Source: a virus
Lineage: Duplodnaviria; Caudoviricetes
DNA length: 62,449 nt
IMG/VR virus record: IMGVR_UViG_3300006923_000022
Coordinates: 1-62,449 of that record
Reading direction: 5' to 3' (one strand)
Part shown: piece by piece, positions 1-12,700 of the stretch
Layout of the letters: every line of letters begins with the position of its first letter
Position numbering within the stretch: the stretch's first letter is position 1
Position numbers and translations under genes: made by a program
The notes under the pieces: model-generated
Told to the model about the DNA's origin: nothing
Seen by the model: the letters and a program-made list of their open reading frames with translations, nothing else
The model's database searches: none

Positions 1-2
1 AA

Positions 3-419
3 ATGAGTTTTGAACAAGATTTCTTTTCACAAAGATTAATAAAAGATATAACAGTGAAGGTTCCATTGGAGATCGGTGGTAACGGATACAAAACAATAAC
101 AGAAGATGACTTAAAAGATGCAGTCAATTATGATTTAAAATCAGTCCTTCTCACTAGTAAGGGAGAACGCTTTGATAAAAACTTTGGTGTTGGTGTGAGA
201 TCTTATCTGTTTGAGAACTTCGGATCGGCCAAAATGAATTCGCTACAGCCAAGCATTGTCCGACAGATATCTAAGTATATGCCTTGGTTATCTCAGTTTA
301 ATGTACAAACCCATTCAGATCTTGAGCGACAAGTGTTTTATGTTGATATAAAGTATAAAATAAATGAGGCAAATGTAGCAGGTCATTTTAACTTATCGGT
401 TGAACTTTCTAGTATATAA
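3..419 (+). CDS. Baseplate wedge subunit, T4 gp25-like
   Basis: gp25/GPW family motif LKSVLLTSKGER...FGVGVRSYLFE...ISKYMPW; lies directly before a gp6-like gene. The start is at the window edge. Confidence 0.85.
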   Translation: MSFEQDFFSQRLIKDITVKVPLEIGGNGYKTITEDDLKDAVNYDLKSVLLTSKGERFDKNFGVGVRSYLFENFGSAKMNSLQPSIVRQISKYMPWLSQFNVQTHSDLERQVFYVDIKYKINEANVAGHFNLSVELSSI

Positions 420-434
420 CATTTCTACACTTCA

Positions 435-442
435 CCTATTTA
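435..442 (+). promoter_or_regulatory. Putative late promoter motif (CCTATTTA)
   Basis: Variant of the recurrent ACTATTTA motif, 18 nt before ATG 461, followed by GAGG. Confidence 0.6.
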
Positions 443-460
443 TTCTATGAGGGTTGCAAT

Positions 461-2260
461 ATGCCAAAAAACAAGAACGTTCCAATAAAATATACCAGTA
501 GAGATTTCAATTCCATCAAGCAAGATTTAATTGAACATGCAAAGAGGTACTATCCGGACAATTACAATGACTTCTCCGAAGCTTCTTTCGGTTCTATGGT
601 GTTTGACACCGTAGCCTATGTTGGAGATGTTTTATCATATTATTTAGATTATTCAGTAAATGAGTCTTTCCTAGATACCGCTGTTGAATTCAACAACGTA
701 AGGAAGCATGCAAGGAATTACGGTTACAAGTTTTCTGGAGCTCCTGTTTCACAAGGAGCATTGGCTTTATTCGTCCTTATTCCAGCTAACTCAGATGGAA
801 ACGGACCAGACACTAGTCTAATACCAAGACTGAAAAAGGGTGCTGAGTTTCGCACATCTGGGGGTGCAACATATACATTACTAGAGGATATAGACTTTAG
901 TGCCCCTGAGAACGACACAATAGCTGTAAAGTTCAATCAAACCACAGGTCAAACAACTCACTTTGCTATTAGAGCTTATGGCCAAGCTTCTTCTGGAAAG
1001 TCTTTTCTTGCCTCCGCTGATCTCACATCAGCCGCATTTGAGAAGTTTCGCAAAGTAAGAGTTGGAGACTCATCAATAACAGAGATTATAGATGTCGTAG
1101 ACTCTGAGGGCAATAGATTCTATGAAGTTGATTTTTTAAGCCAAGAGGTTGTGTTTATTGAGACAACAAACCCATCTGCACTGACTGATGGCGTAAGGTC
1201 TATAATGAAGCCGTATGTTACAGCCAGAAGGTTCACCGTATTCCAAGATGATACTGGGACATATTTACAATTTGGTTTCGGATCAGATAATGACGATGAT
1301 TCGGGATTAACAGACCCTTCGCAAGTAGCAGTCAAGATGCATGCTAGAAATCATATTACAAACCGAGCTATTGACCCTACAAAACTATTAGGAACAGACA
1401 AATTAGGTATTTCACCTCAAGGTACAACTTTGTCAATAACATACAAAAAGAACGACAGCACTTCAACAAATGCTCCTCCTAACTCAATAAAAGAAGTTTC
1501 TTTTTCAAAGATGACTTTTATAGATGAGCCAAGCCTCAGTTCCTCGGAAGTTTCTGAGATCAGGGCATCATTAGAAATAAACAACGAGGAGGCCATTGTA
1601 GGTTCATCGCTAGACTTTACGATTGATGAACTGAAGGTTCGTTCTAAAAACTATTTTGCAACACAAAACCGCGCTGTAACCAAAATGGATTATGAAGCTA
1701 TTTCATATAATATGCCCAAGAAGTTCGGACAGTTAAAGCGAGTTAATATCATTAACAATCCTTTTGCAACGAATAAGAAGTTAGCTATGTATGTTGTTTC
1801 AAGCGATGCGAATGATAACCTAGTCGTCACAAACACAGCAACAAAGAGAAACCTAGTTACTTGGCTGAATCAATATAGTTCCATTAACGATGTTATTGAG
1901 ATCTTTGATGCAAAAATAATAAACTTTGGTATCAAATTTGAATTTGAAACAGACAAGAGATACGACACAACATCCGTTTTGTTTGACGCAACACAGAGAA
2001 TAAAAGATAAATACGCAGAGAAGTTTTATATCGGAGAACCAATTTATATAAATGATATCTTTTCGATATTAAACAAAACACAAGGCGTTGTGGACGTTAA
2101 AAAAGTTGAGATAATAAATAAGTTCGGATCAGTATATTCAACCACTCAAGTATATATGGAAGATTTTATATCTCAAGACGCAACTTACTATAAAGCACCG
2201 AAGAACGTTGTCTTCGAGCTAAAGTACCCAGATAACGACATACAAGGACTAGCAGTATAA
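461..2260 (+). CDS. Baseplate wedge protein, T4 gp6-like
   Basis: N-terminal YTSRDFNSIKQDL...YNDFSEASFG...AYVGDVLSYYLD..NESFL and C-terminal QNRAVT..DY are typical gp6/baseplate J motifs. Confidence 0.9.
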   Translation: MPKNKNVPIKYTSRDFNSIKQDLIEHAKRYYPDNYNDFSEASFGSMVFDTVAYVGDVLSYYLDYSVNESFLDTAVEFNNVRKHARNYGYKFSGAPVSQGALALFVLIPANSDGNGPDTSLIPRLKKGAEFRTSGGATYTLLEDIDFSAPENDTIAVKFNQTTGQTTHFAIRAYGQASSGKSFLASADLTSAAFEKFRKVRVGDSSITEIIDVVDSEGNRFYEVDFLSQEVVFIETTNPSALTDGVRSIMKPYVTARRFTVFQDDTGTYLQFGFGSDNDDDSGLTDPSQVAVKMHARNHITNRAIDPTKLLGTDKLGISPQGTTLSITYKKNDSTSTNAPPNSIKEVSFSKMTFIDEPSLSSSEVSEIRASLEINNEEAIVGSSLDFTIDELKVRSKNYFATQNRAVTKMDYEAISYNMPKKFGQLKRVNIINNPFATNKKLAMYVVSSDANDNLVVTNTATKRNLVTWLNQYSSINDVIEIFDAKIINFGIKFEFETDKRYDTTSVLFDATQRIKDKYAEKFYIGEPIYINDIFSILNKTQGVVDVKKVEIINKFGSVYSTTQVYMEDFISQDATYYKAPKNVVFELKYPDNDIQGLAV

Positions 2261-3786
2261 TGGCCATTAAAAAATATTTTGCATCAGCGGATACCACAAT
2301 ATCTAACGCTTTTGACCAAACCCTATTATCTTCAAACTCAGCAACAGGCTCCAACATGGGAGCTGCTGATATATTAGAGACGTTTCAAATATATGGACAA
2401 GCATCTTCTTCTTCTGGTCTCTCATCTGAGTTGTCAAGGATACTTGTGCGTTTTGATACGACAGCGATAGCATCAGATAGAAGTACGGGGGCAATACCGG
2501 CTTCCTCAAATGTATCTTTTTATTTAAAACTATATAATGCTGCTCATTCGGAAACAATACCGGAAAATTATACCATGGCCGTTCAAGCAGTTTCACAGTC
2601 TTGGCAAGAAGGTTTCGGTCTGGACATGGTAAATTATACAGATAAAACTTATGGCTTGACTGGTTCAACTTGGGCATACCGAGGAACAACAGGGGCATGG
2701 GCTGTAGCTGGAGGTAAATATCATCAAACGCCAACCTATGACGTCACAATGACCACAGGGTTAGAAAATATTGAATTGGATGTTACCACCTTGGTCGAGC
2801 AATGGTTAGTTGGTACAAAAGACAATGATGGATTTGGAATATCATTATCTAGTTCTTATGAACAAGAAACAAAATCCTACTATACTAAGAAATTCTTCGC
2901 CCGAGGTTCAGAATTTTATTTTAAAAGACCTGTTCTCGAGGCACGTTGGGATAACACGGTACAAGATGATAGAAATTCATTCTTCTTGTCCTCTTCGCTG
3001 GCTCCTGCCGAAGATAACCTTAATACCATTTATTTATACAATGTTGTGAGAGGAAGGTTACGAAATATTCCATCAATTGGAACAGATAGTATTTACGTAA
3101 GCATTTACTCCGGCTCATCTGATAATAGCGAACCAGATGATGGACCACTAGATATGGTTGCAGACGCCACACACGTTGTCTCTGCACGTCCTAAGGTGGT
3201 TACTGGGTCATACGTATCAACTGGTGTTTATGCGGCTACATTTGCATTTACGGGCTCTTCTACACTAACAAAAGTGTATGATGTTTGGTTCAGCGGAAGT
3301 GAAAACGTAACCAGCGCAGACGGAACCGGAGTAGTCCAGTTACATACAGGTACGATAAATGTAAACACGTTAAGTGCAGACATCTATAATCCATCGACGA
3401 GATATATCCTTTCTCTTTCAAATCTTCGGGAGAGTTATGGACCTACCGAGACAGCTCGCTTTAAACTTTATTCAAGACCTAGAGATTGGAGCCCCACAAT
3501 ATATACAAAGGCATCCAGTGTCCCTGAGACGACAATTATAACCAGCGCTTCATATGAGATATTTAGATCAACAGATGGTTTGAAAGTCATCCCCTTTGGA
3601 ACAGGCTCAGACTATCACACAGGTTTATCCTATAATGTAAGTGGAAACTATTTTGATTTGGATATGTCCAACTTAGAAAAAGGATACACTTATGGTATGA
3701 GATTCTCTTTCTATGATGATGCTGTTGGATCTTGGAACACCCAACCCTATGAATTTAACTTTAAAGTGAGAAATGATGAGTATTAG
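2260..3786 (+). CDS. Baseplate-associated virion protein with DNRLRE/CBM96-like domain
   Basis: Pattern ADTTI..N.G...SRILVRFD..LKLYN..V.QSWQEG..TW..W..GG..LDVT.LV..WL.G..NDGF matches DNRLRE-type domains; translationally coupled to gp6. Confidence 0.55.
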   Translation: MAIKKYFASADTTISNAFDQTLLSSNSATGSNMGAADILETFQIYGQASSSSGLSSELSRILVRFDTTAIASDRSTGAIPASSNVSFYLKLYNAAHSETIPENYTMAVQAVSQSWQEGFGLDMVNYTDKTYGLTGSTWAYRGTTGAWAVAGGKYHQTPTYDVTMTTGLENIELDVTTLVEQWLVGTKDNDGFGISLSSSYEQETKSYYTKKFFARGSEFYFKRPVLEARWDNTVQDDRNSFFLSSSLAPAEDNLNTIYLYNVVRGRLRNIPSIGTDSIYVSIYSGSSDNSEPDDGPLDMVADATHVVSARPKVVTGSYVSTGVYAATFAFTGSSTLTKVYDVWFSGSENVTSADGTGVVQLHTGTINVNTLSADIYNPSTRYILSLSNLRESYGPTETARFKLYSRPRDWSPTIYTKASSVPETTIITSASYEIFRSTDGLKVIPFGTGSDYHTGLSYNVSGNYFDLDMSNLEKGYTYGMRFSFYDDAVGSWNTQPYEFNFKVRNDEY

Positions 3787-6700
3787 TGATTTTTTCAATA
3801 AAAAGATCGTCACCCAAAGTTCTTTGGAAGAAACAACATCTTCCGTAGAATCTCCTGACCTTATAAAAGAGATCAGTAAAAAGAACCAGACATTTTTTCC
3901 AAATGTTAACTTTTCTGATCCTTCAAACTTTGTACACTTCGGTTCTGCGAAAGAATATTATGAAGGAAGTATTAAAAGAATTTACGAGTCTTATCCATAT
4001 GATGGCTCTGAAGCTGAAAAGATGGTTTTTGATAGTAAGTCTACCTATCTAGACCAATGGCTATTAGACAATAAATATCCAAAATCTACCGGATATGCCT
4101 TGTTTTCTGCTGAAGAGTGGGGCTCGGCTACTAGCACTATCGACCAATATGCTGTCCCAACAAACAAAGAATACATTTATTCAGCTGGAGGAATGCACTC
4201 AGCATCACTAACTCAGCATGAGAATCAAGATGATCCAATCGGAAACCATGCATTAAAAGATGTTTTTAATCTTGGTGTTAAATACGACGCAGATAAGAAC
4301 CGAACCATCAATTACCGAATGAAGATGGATGATGGTATTACAATTCAGTTTTGGCTTAAGAAGGATGCTTTTACTACAACAACCGACAAGGAAGTTATTC
4401 TAGATTTATGGAATGGAATTGCTGACTCTGGTTCTCATGATTATGGTAGATTAACCTTGGAGATGTCCGGTGGAGCCAGTCTAGCAACTACAGGTTCGGT
4501 TTTCTACCTAACCCTCCGTTCTGGTTCTTATGGAATTATCAATAGGGCTATTTGCGCTTCATCGTACAACGCCTCCTCTATCTCAAATGGAGTCTGGCAA
4601 CATCATACTGTAACTGTAAAAGCTGCTAACACCAACTTAGATGTGAAATATTATAATAACGGCTTGCTAAATTTGGCAAGGACATTTCCAACAACCGTTA
4701 CATTAGCAGATGTTCCTAACAACATAAATGCCTATATTGGTGCGTTGCAAACCTCTGCACAAGGAATACCATCAGCTCGTGGAGTAATGGTCGGAGCCGG
4801 TAAGCTTTCTGCTTCAATGGATGACTTTCGCTTTTGGAAAAAGACTTTAGATAATGAATACGTATATAATACTTGGTATTATCCAATCGGTGGTGGATCC
4901 AACACAGACGACTATAGAACAAACCTAGGAGTTTACTACAAGTTTAATGAAGGAATCACTGGTACGTCTTCTCTAGACAGTATGGTGTTAGATTACTCTG
5001 GACGTATCGCTAACGGCCTATGGGTAAAAGACAGTGGATACACTGGTGCTGTTTGTAGAAACACTGGTTCTGCTTTCGCATCCGCTAGTGTTCTTACTGA
5101 AGAACCCGGCGACCCGATCATAAGATCCGCCCACTCTTCAGTGCAAAGCTTGCTTATTGAAATGCAAACTAGTGGTTCTGATTACGATAGGACAAATAGC
5201 TCATATATCTATAACTCCCTTCCAGCTTGGATACGAGAAGAAGATGAGGCAAATGATAATATAAAATATCTCTATCAAATTTTGGGATCATACCTCGACA
5301 CCCTATATGTTCAGATATCTGAGATTCCGAAGTTAAAAGATAAAAATTACTTCTCGGCTTCGGCCGAACCATACCCGTTTACCGAGAGACTGTTAAATGA
5401 TCGCGGTCTTCTAACACCTAACAGTTTCGTCAATGGTGATGTGATGGAATACTTCTGGGATAGAAATAAACACGGGGTACATTATGAACAAACAATAGAG
5501 AAGACAAAAAGATTAATCTACAACAATATCTACAACAATATTGATTTCATATTGAAGTCCAAAGGTACGGAAAAATCTTTTAGAAATCTATTAAGGTGCT
5601 ATGGTATTGATGATGAATTGGTTAAGCTCAATGTCTACACAGACAACGGAAAACATTATTTAACTGATCGTTATAAGAACTCTTCTGTCAAAACAAAAGT
5701 ACTCGACTTAAACAAGGCATCGAGAGTTAATGCATCTGTTACTCAAACCTCATCTAGTATGAACGCATTGACATTCATCTCAGGTTCTGGAGCTGAGCTT
5801 AATGAAAAGTTTTCTGCTTTTTCATTTGAAGCAGGTATAACATTCCCAAAGAAACCCAGTTTTGGAGAGACTGGTTACTTTTTAGATACCTCTCTTTCAT
5901 CTTCACTATTTGGATTTCACCAAGCAGTTAGTGGAGCAAATGCTCATTATGGATGGAATACGCCGGATGATGCAAACTTGCAAGTATATGCTGTTAAAGC
6001 TGCTCTAGATTCTGAAAGGGTTAAGTTCGTAGTAACCAACACGGATGCTAGCATATATGCCGAATCAGATTATTATGAAGAAGTATACAACGCTGAAAGG
6101 TGGAACTTTCAATTATCTATAAAGCCAACTGGATATCCATTCAACGGTAGCGCCACTCACACTGCTAATCCAACATATGATGTTGAGCTATATGGAGTAA
6201 CGCATAATTTAGGAGATGTTCGAAACGAGTTTCTAATAGCAAATACTGCGACATACGCCAAAGGCGTACAGATAATGACTCAACCAAAAAGGGTTTATAT
6301 CGGAGCACATATCACAGACTTCACAGGGTCCGCTATCACTCCTTCTGATGTCCTATTTGATTCTTGCCGAGCATGGATGGATAAACTGGAAAACGAGTCT
6401 ATCAAACAACATAATTTAGATCCAATGAATTACGGTCATGATAAGATATATAATGCGACAACTCTATTCAATGTAACTATCTCTAGCTCAGTATGTATTC
6501 CGGGAGCAGATTCTCTAATCTTGCACTGGAACTTTGATCAAAATACAGCCGCAAATACAACAGGTAGTTTCTTTGTTGAAGATTTCTCAAGCGGTTCTAC
6601 ATCAAATCTATATGGCTGGGCAAGTAATATAATAGAAAGAGAGAACAAGGGTTATGGCGTTGGTTTTCCAAACAGCGATCCAAGCCCTGTCCGAAGCGAA

Positions 6701-9700
6701 TTTATTTTTGCAAGAAGAAAAGAACTTCCTGAGATATCATTTACTGATGACAATATCACTATTATGGGAGATAAACAGAAATTCTTCATCGAAGACGAAG
6801 ATACAACCGATAATGTTTTTGCCTTAGAAAAAAGTATGTATCAAGTGATGTCTGAGGAGATGTTAAGAACTTTTGCAACAATGAAGGAATATTCCAACTT
6901 GTTTTCAAAACCCGTCGATCTCTATCGATCAGAATATAAGAGGTTAAGGAAAGCTCGTGAATTGTTCTTTAATCGTGTTGAGGCCAACCCAGACCTAGAT
7001 AGGTATGTCGATTATTACAAATGGATAGACTCCTCTCTATCCTTCTTTATAGAACAATTGAAACCAGCCTCAGTTACTTTCACAAAAGGTATATCAGATG
7101 TTGTTGAGAGTCACATTTTTGAAAGACCAAAATATAATAGAAAATTTCCAACCGTTAAAACGATCCAAGCAACCCAAGGTGTTATTAAGACCATTGGAGA
7201 ATTGGAGTATAACTGGAAGTTTGGACACTCACCAGAATATAAAACAACAAATGAAAACACAAATTGTCTATGGCAGAGAGAGCGAAGAGAAAGAACAGGT
7301 GCTAATGCCACACAAAGACAGAGTATTATTGATACTATAAACACAAATGCCCAATCTTATAACGTATATCTTGGAGATAATGATAAGAACATATACTTGA
7401 GACCAACTTATGTAACAAAGAGGTTTTCAAGACCATACAAATTAGACTATGAGCTTAAAACCACTATCCATGGTGGAATTAATTATAATCAACAAAAGAA
7501 CAGGGATTTTGTTTTTAATGTGACTAGGCCCCATGGAGCAAAAACTAACTTGGGCATACCCGTCAATGTATTCACAGTAGGTGCCGGAACAGGCCAAGGT
7601 ATAACAAACACTAGACTTTGCTATGATGAGGAAGATCCAACTAAGGTTGTTGAATTTGAATATATAATGATAGCTGGTAAAGATTCCTCGGGGGACGGCG
7701 CCGCACCAGCAACAGCCTCTTTGGAATACGCTTATAAGGTAAAAGGACATTTAGCATCACCGTTCAAATTAATTTCCGGAAGTATATCGAAAGGTGCAAA
7801 TAAAAAAGTATATGATAACTATAAAACTGATGCTGTCATTACAAACCTACATTCTGATACGACCTATTTTGAAAATGACATCCCCATGCAGGGACCATTC
7901 ACAGAGACTTGGGTTGGTGGTCACCAATCTCGACACGTTGAGATAAACAAATATGATACCAATAAACAGCCCGGCGACGGGAATGCTCCATTAAATAATC
8001 TTGATGGCGTATATTCTAGACCTGAGGCTTGGCGATTAGTCTTTGGAGAACATACTGATGAGCTTACCAAAGACGGAGCATTTGGTTTCGTTGGAGCAGA
8101 TTATGGTGGACCATATCCGGATAATACCAGAAAGTTTGCTATTTATTATAGAGGGCTCCGCGCTAAGCGTCCCTATAATGTTGGAAACATCAGCGGCTCA
8201 GCTTATCGTTTAGGAAATTATAAAGAAAATTATGAGTACTTTAACTCTGTTGGCCGGTTGGAAAATAATACAAGACTGAAGAAAGCAGCTTCAACAGAAG
8301 ACTATCTAATTGACAGTTTATTTTTGCCAACAGATATTAAAACAATCTTACCAGCAACAACAAACCCACTAACTCTAATTGCAATAGCTCCTTCTGGGTC
8401 TGGTAATATATTCGGACAAGGAGAGAGCAATCGGTTAAATGATAATTTGGAAATGGTCATTGATGGTGTGTCTGCTACCGGTTCATTTCAAGTCACTAGT
8501 TCAACAACTTATTTACAACAATGGACAGGCTCAGTTGTCGTACAAGGTATCCCTAAAGCAGCAACACATTCATGTTTGTCTTGGACAGTTGCAACTGGTT
8601 CTTCTTTGCCAAACGGAGATATCTTACAGTTAACAGCTTCAGGTACAGACTTTGAAATTGAAATAGATAAGACAAGTGCTGCTGCTCCAACAGGAAGCTC
8701 AAATGCTACGTTATCGGTATACCCAGCCACGGTCTTCGGCTTGAATACTTATAGAAGAGCCATAAGAGCCAAAGCAACCTCAGCTGAGGTGTCGCCATAT
8801 GCTGACTATCTAAATAACAGCCAATTTGCGTCCAATAATTTCTCAGTATCCCTTTGGTTTAACAATTTAAACAATGATACCAGTTACAATACCTCCTTTT
8901 TTAATTTTTATGAAGGCTCTGATCAGCGCCACTACCTTGACATCTCCGGAAATGATTTTCTTCTTCATTATGAAAATAACGCTGGTAGTTCTGATGAATT
9001 AACTTTTGATACCAATGCAGTAACTGTATCAGGAAGCCAGTGGATGCATATAATTGCAGTATTTGAAGTTGATGATCTAACTGACAATGCCAAAGCTCCT
9101 AAGATGTTTATAAACGGAAATCCCGTGACAGCATCAGGAGCTGATTCTTACACTGCTCCCGGCGGGACACCCCCTGCTATTGACAAACTACAATTAAGAA
9201 TAGATGATTACTGTATGATACAAGACTTAACCGTTTGGAAAACCCTACTCACAGGATCAGAAGCTGCTCAAGAACTTTACAATGGAGGGGTTTGGAAAAG
9301 CCCAGCAACCCATACCAGTGCTTCTTCGATAATAGACTATTGGAAAATGGGAGAAGAATTGGATTGGGACAGGCTTCAACTAAAAACAGGAGACGAACTT
9401 GATGATTACTTACCAGCAGGTAGCAAGTATATTTCGTCAAGCTTCGGTGCTGGAGGGATATCATTTCCGATCTCCACCTCTGATGATGAACATGTTGAAC
9501 TGGTCAAGGGTTACGGAGACAGAACAAATACCGACATCTGGGACGCCTTATCAGCCTCTTTAGATGGTAAGTTTCCCGGATACGACACCTCATATATTTC
9601 TGGTTCTCAAAATGCTCATTTTTTCATGAGAGCTACAAGTTCAGGAGTTGAGACTGTTGATTATTATGCAACTGGAACTGGCTTCGCATCACCAAAAGCC

Positions 9701-12700
9701 AGCTCAGGTCAGGCCGCATTTGCATCAACACTAAAGCATGGTGATATATTTAGACCATTTCCGCAAGCAAATCTTGAGCAGGAAATACAAATTTCACACA
9801 CAACTTTTCGAGGATACGCCGGCTCAACGGGCGATGAGAATAGAGCAAATCATCGAAAAGCGTTACATTTCGACACATCTGGTACAAATGCAACAATGGC
9901 ACTAAGAAATACCAGTTATACTAATACAACAGATGCAACAGCAGTTTCTGTTTCGTTTTGGCTAAACAAGTATACTTCCACTCAAGGACACATAGTCGTA
10001 TTAGGAGAAGGTCCAGCCACCACAGACGGTATTTTCATCGACTATGAATCTGGTAAACTTAAGGTAAAAATTGGAAATGGAAGCTCTGGCGATGTTGCTT
10101 TTGATGTAACACTCGGTTTAAATGAATGGAAGCATGTCACATTAACTGCTTATAAAAATTTGGCAACAAATCCAAAATTATGGATAGACGGAGAGCCACA
10201 ATCACTAGATGCAGGATACTCCAACGTCACAACACCTTTAGGATCTACAGACCAAATAGCTATAGGAGACTTCGGAATGAGCAACGCCGCATATGAACTT
10301 CAAGGAGCTTTACAAGACTTTGTCGTTTGGAATACTCAATTAACCAATGAAGATGCTATGGTTCTTTATAATTCTGGCTCTTGGCTTGACATTTCTTCCC
10401 ATGCTTCTGCTTCTCATATTTGGGATTGGTGGACGCTTGGAGAGGAAACAAATATTGCACAAAACTCAGGCTCAGCTTTAAGTACAGGAACACCAGTGAC
10501 TTCAATATCTCCAGAAGTAGGTAGACACAGTCTAACTGTCTCTGATAATACAAAAATTGTCGTCACAGATGGTATAGTCGAAACTCTGATGTCTAACAGC
10601 TCCTTTTGGCAAGGTATATTGAACAGTTTTAACACCAGTTTAGGAGTGGACGCTCAACCAGCCGGTGGAGGAGCAGATTCCGGCATGGGTATATCTAGGG
10701 TAGATGGTACAATAACTTGGAAATCACAATACCATGGTAACCCAAAGTATACTTATGAATATGCTTTTGAAGAAACTGGTTCAACATTCGCAGTTACTCA
10801 GTTTGCATCAAACGGAACTCTTATCACAAAAAGGCATGATGGAGCAATTGGTGGACACTTTGTCCAATTTAATTCCACAGACGGAGCGGCAACAAAGTTC
10901 ATTGTTGACGAAGAGAACACAAATGCCGCTGGTAATTACGCAAAGGTTGGTAATGATTATTATATATATTCTTCCGGTAGTGATTCTACTTTCTGGACTC
11001 GACTATCCGGAGCGATCTTCACAGAATTTCCAAGCTATCAGATTTATAATTCAAGCAGCGCAACTGGTGCCACATTTTACTTAACAGGTGGTATCCTAAC
11101 AGATTTGTACACAATGGGTGTGAGTGAGAATAATAGAACAATTACTTCCGGTAGTGGTCCCCTGCATCCGGTAGGCGCAGAGGCAATATTCGGTGGCACA
11201 AGTTTCGGAGGTTTTAGTGGTTTATCTGGTGGTGTTGACCAAGTCTTCGAAAAAGGGTTGATCAATGTTATACAAAGAGAAGATGATTTCCTTACAGGTT
11301 CCACACGAAACCGAACAGTCATCACTTCCCGCTTCTCAGCACCCGGTGGAGTAGAGGTTCAAACTTATGGATATCTTGATGCTTATGCAAGAGAATATTC
11401 AGTACACAACAACTTAAACTACAGAAATTTAACAGTCAGAGGTTCAGGAAGTGGAGAGAACACTTATACTGTAGACCCCTCATTTGCGATAACCAATGAC
11501 TCTGGGGATGAATCTAGTTTTAACTTTAGTATTTCATCTCCGGGTAAGCTTTTTGTAACACCGGATACAAATAGATTTGCAATTTCATTTTGGGCAAACA
11601 ACACAAATACGTTCGGGGATGTACCAGTATTTAAATTTACCGATGGTACGTCAGGCGAAATGAGGCTAACTATTACTTTAAAATATGACCAAGAAAATTC
11701 TTATATAGTTTTATTAGCGGAGGATTTAGACTTCAGCGGCTTGGATGCTTCTTATGTATGGAGTGGCGCTGGTGCTATTGATGTTAATGGTGGCTGGAAC
11801 CATTATTTTATTGCTTTTAATCCATATGGAGGAAGCGATTCAACCCTGCATCCTTTTCTTTATATTAATGCCCAATCTTCTTCTCTCCACAGCAGCACAG
11901 TGGTTGATGGTTTGCACAACAACTTCCCAGCCGCCTATGGTTTGGATACTTGGGACGAAGAAAGTTGGAGTGACCAATACCTTAGAACTTTTGAAATTAA
12001 TACAGGATATAATTGGGCTGTTCAAGACATTGTGCTCTTTCACAATGAAGATTCCGGTGCTCCACTAAATTGGACACAAAACGATATTAACCTTTTATAT
12101 AACACTGGTTCTGGACAAACTGACTATGTGGGTCATCCAAAGTATGCTGAGATAGTTTCCGTTTATAGATTTGGCGAAGAACTAAGGCCCAATGGTTACA
12201 AAAATGGAGATTCGTTAACAAAATATCTAGATACACCTTCATTTTCACCTATACATACGGCTGGGACACATGGAAAAGCACTCGATTTAAACGCAGACTT
12301 GAACGCCGACAAATCTTCCATTGCAGCAGGTTATTATGTAAGCTCTGTCTCTGGTTTTAAATCGATGAGAGTAAACAGTCATATTAACACTAGAGACGGT
12401 TTAAGAACGCTTTACCAGCGTCCTATGGGTAGAGCTGGTGTTGATGGAAATACATCTGTTGATAGTTCAGATTATGATTATAATGCATCTTTTCACAAGG
12501 TACCGAGAAATACCGTTGTTAGAGTGGGAGACGAAATAACAACGTTTGACAAAATAGTTATGAAATTTGGTGCTGGTGGATCATCCGGTGATTGGTGGTA
12601 TTCTCAGGATCTTGACACCCGTCCCGGCGATCCTCAATGGGGAGGAACAGATTGGTTTGGCCTCACTATTGTGTTCAAATGGAGTGGGGAACAACAACCC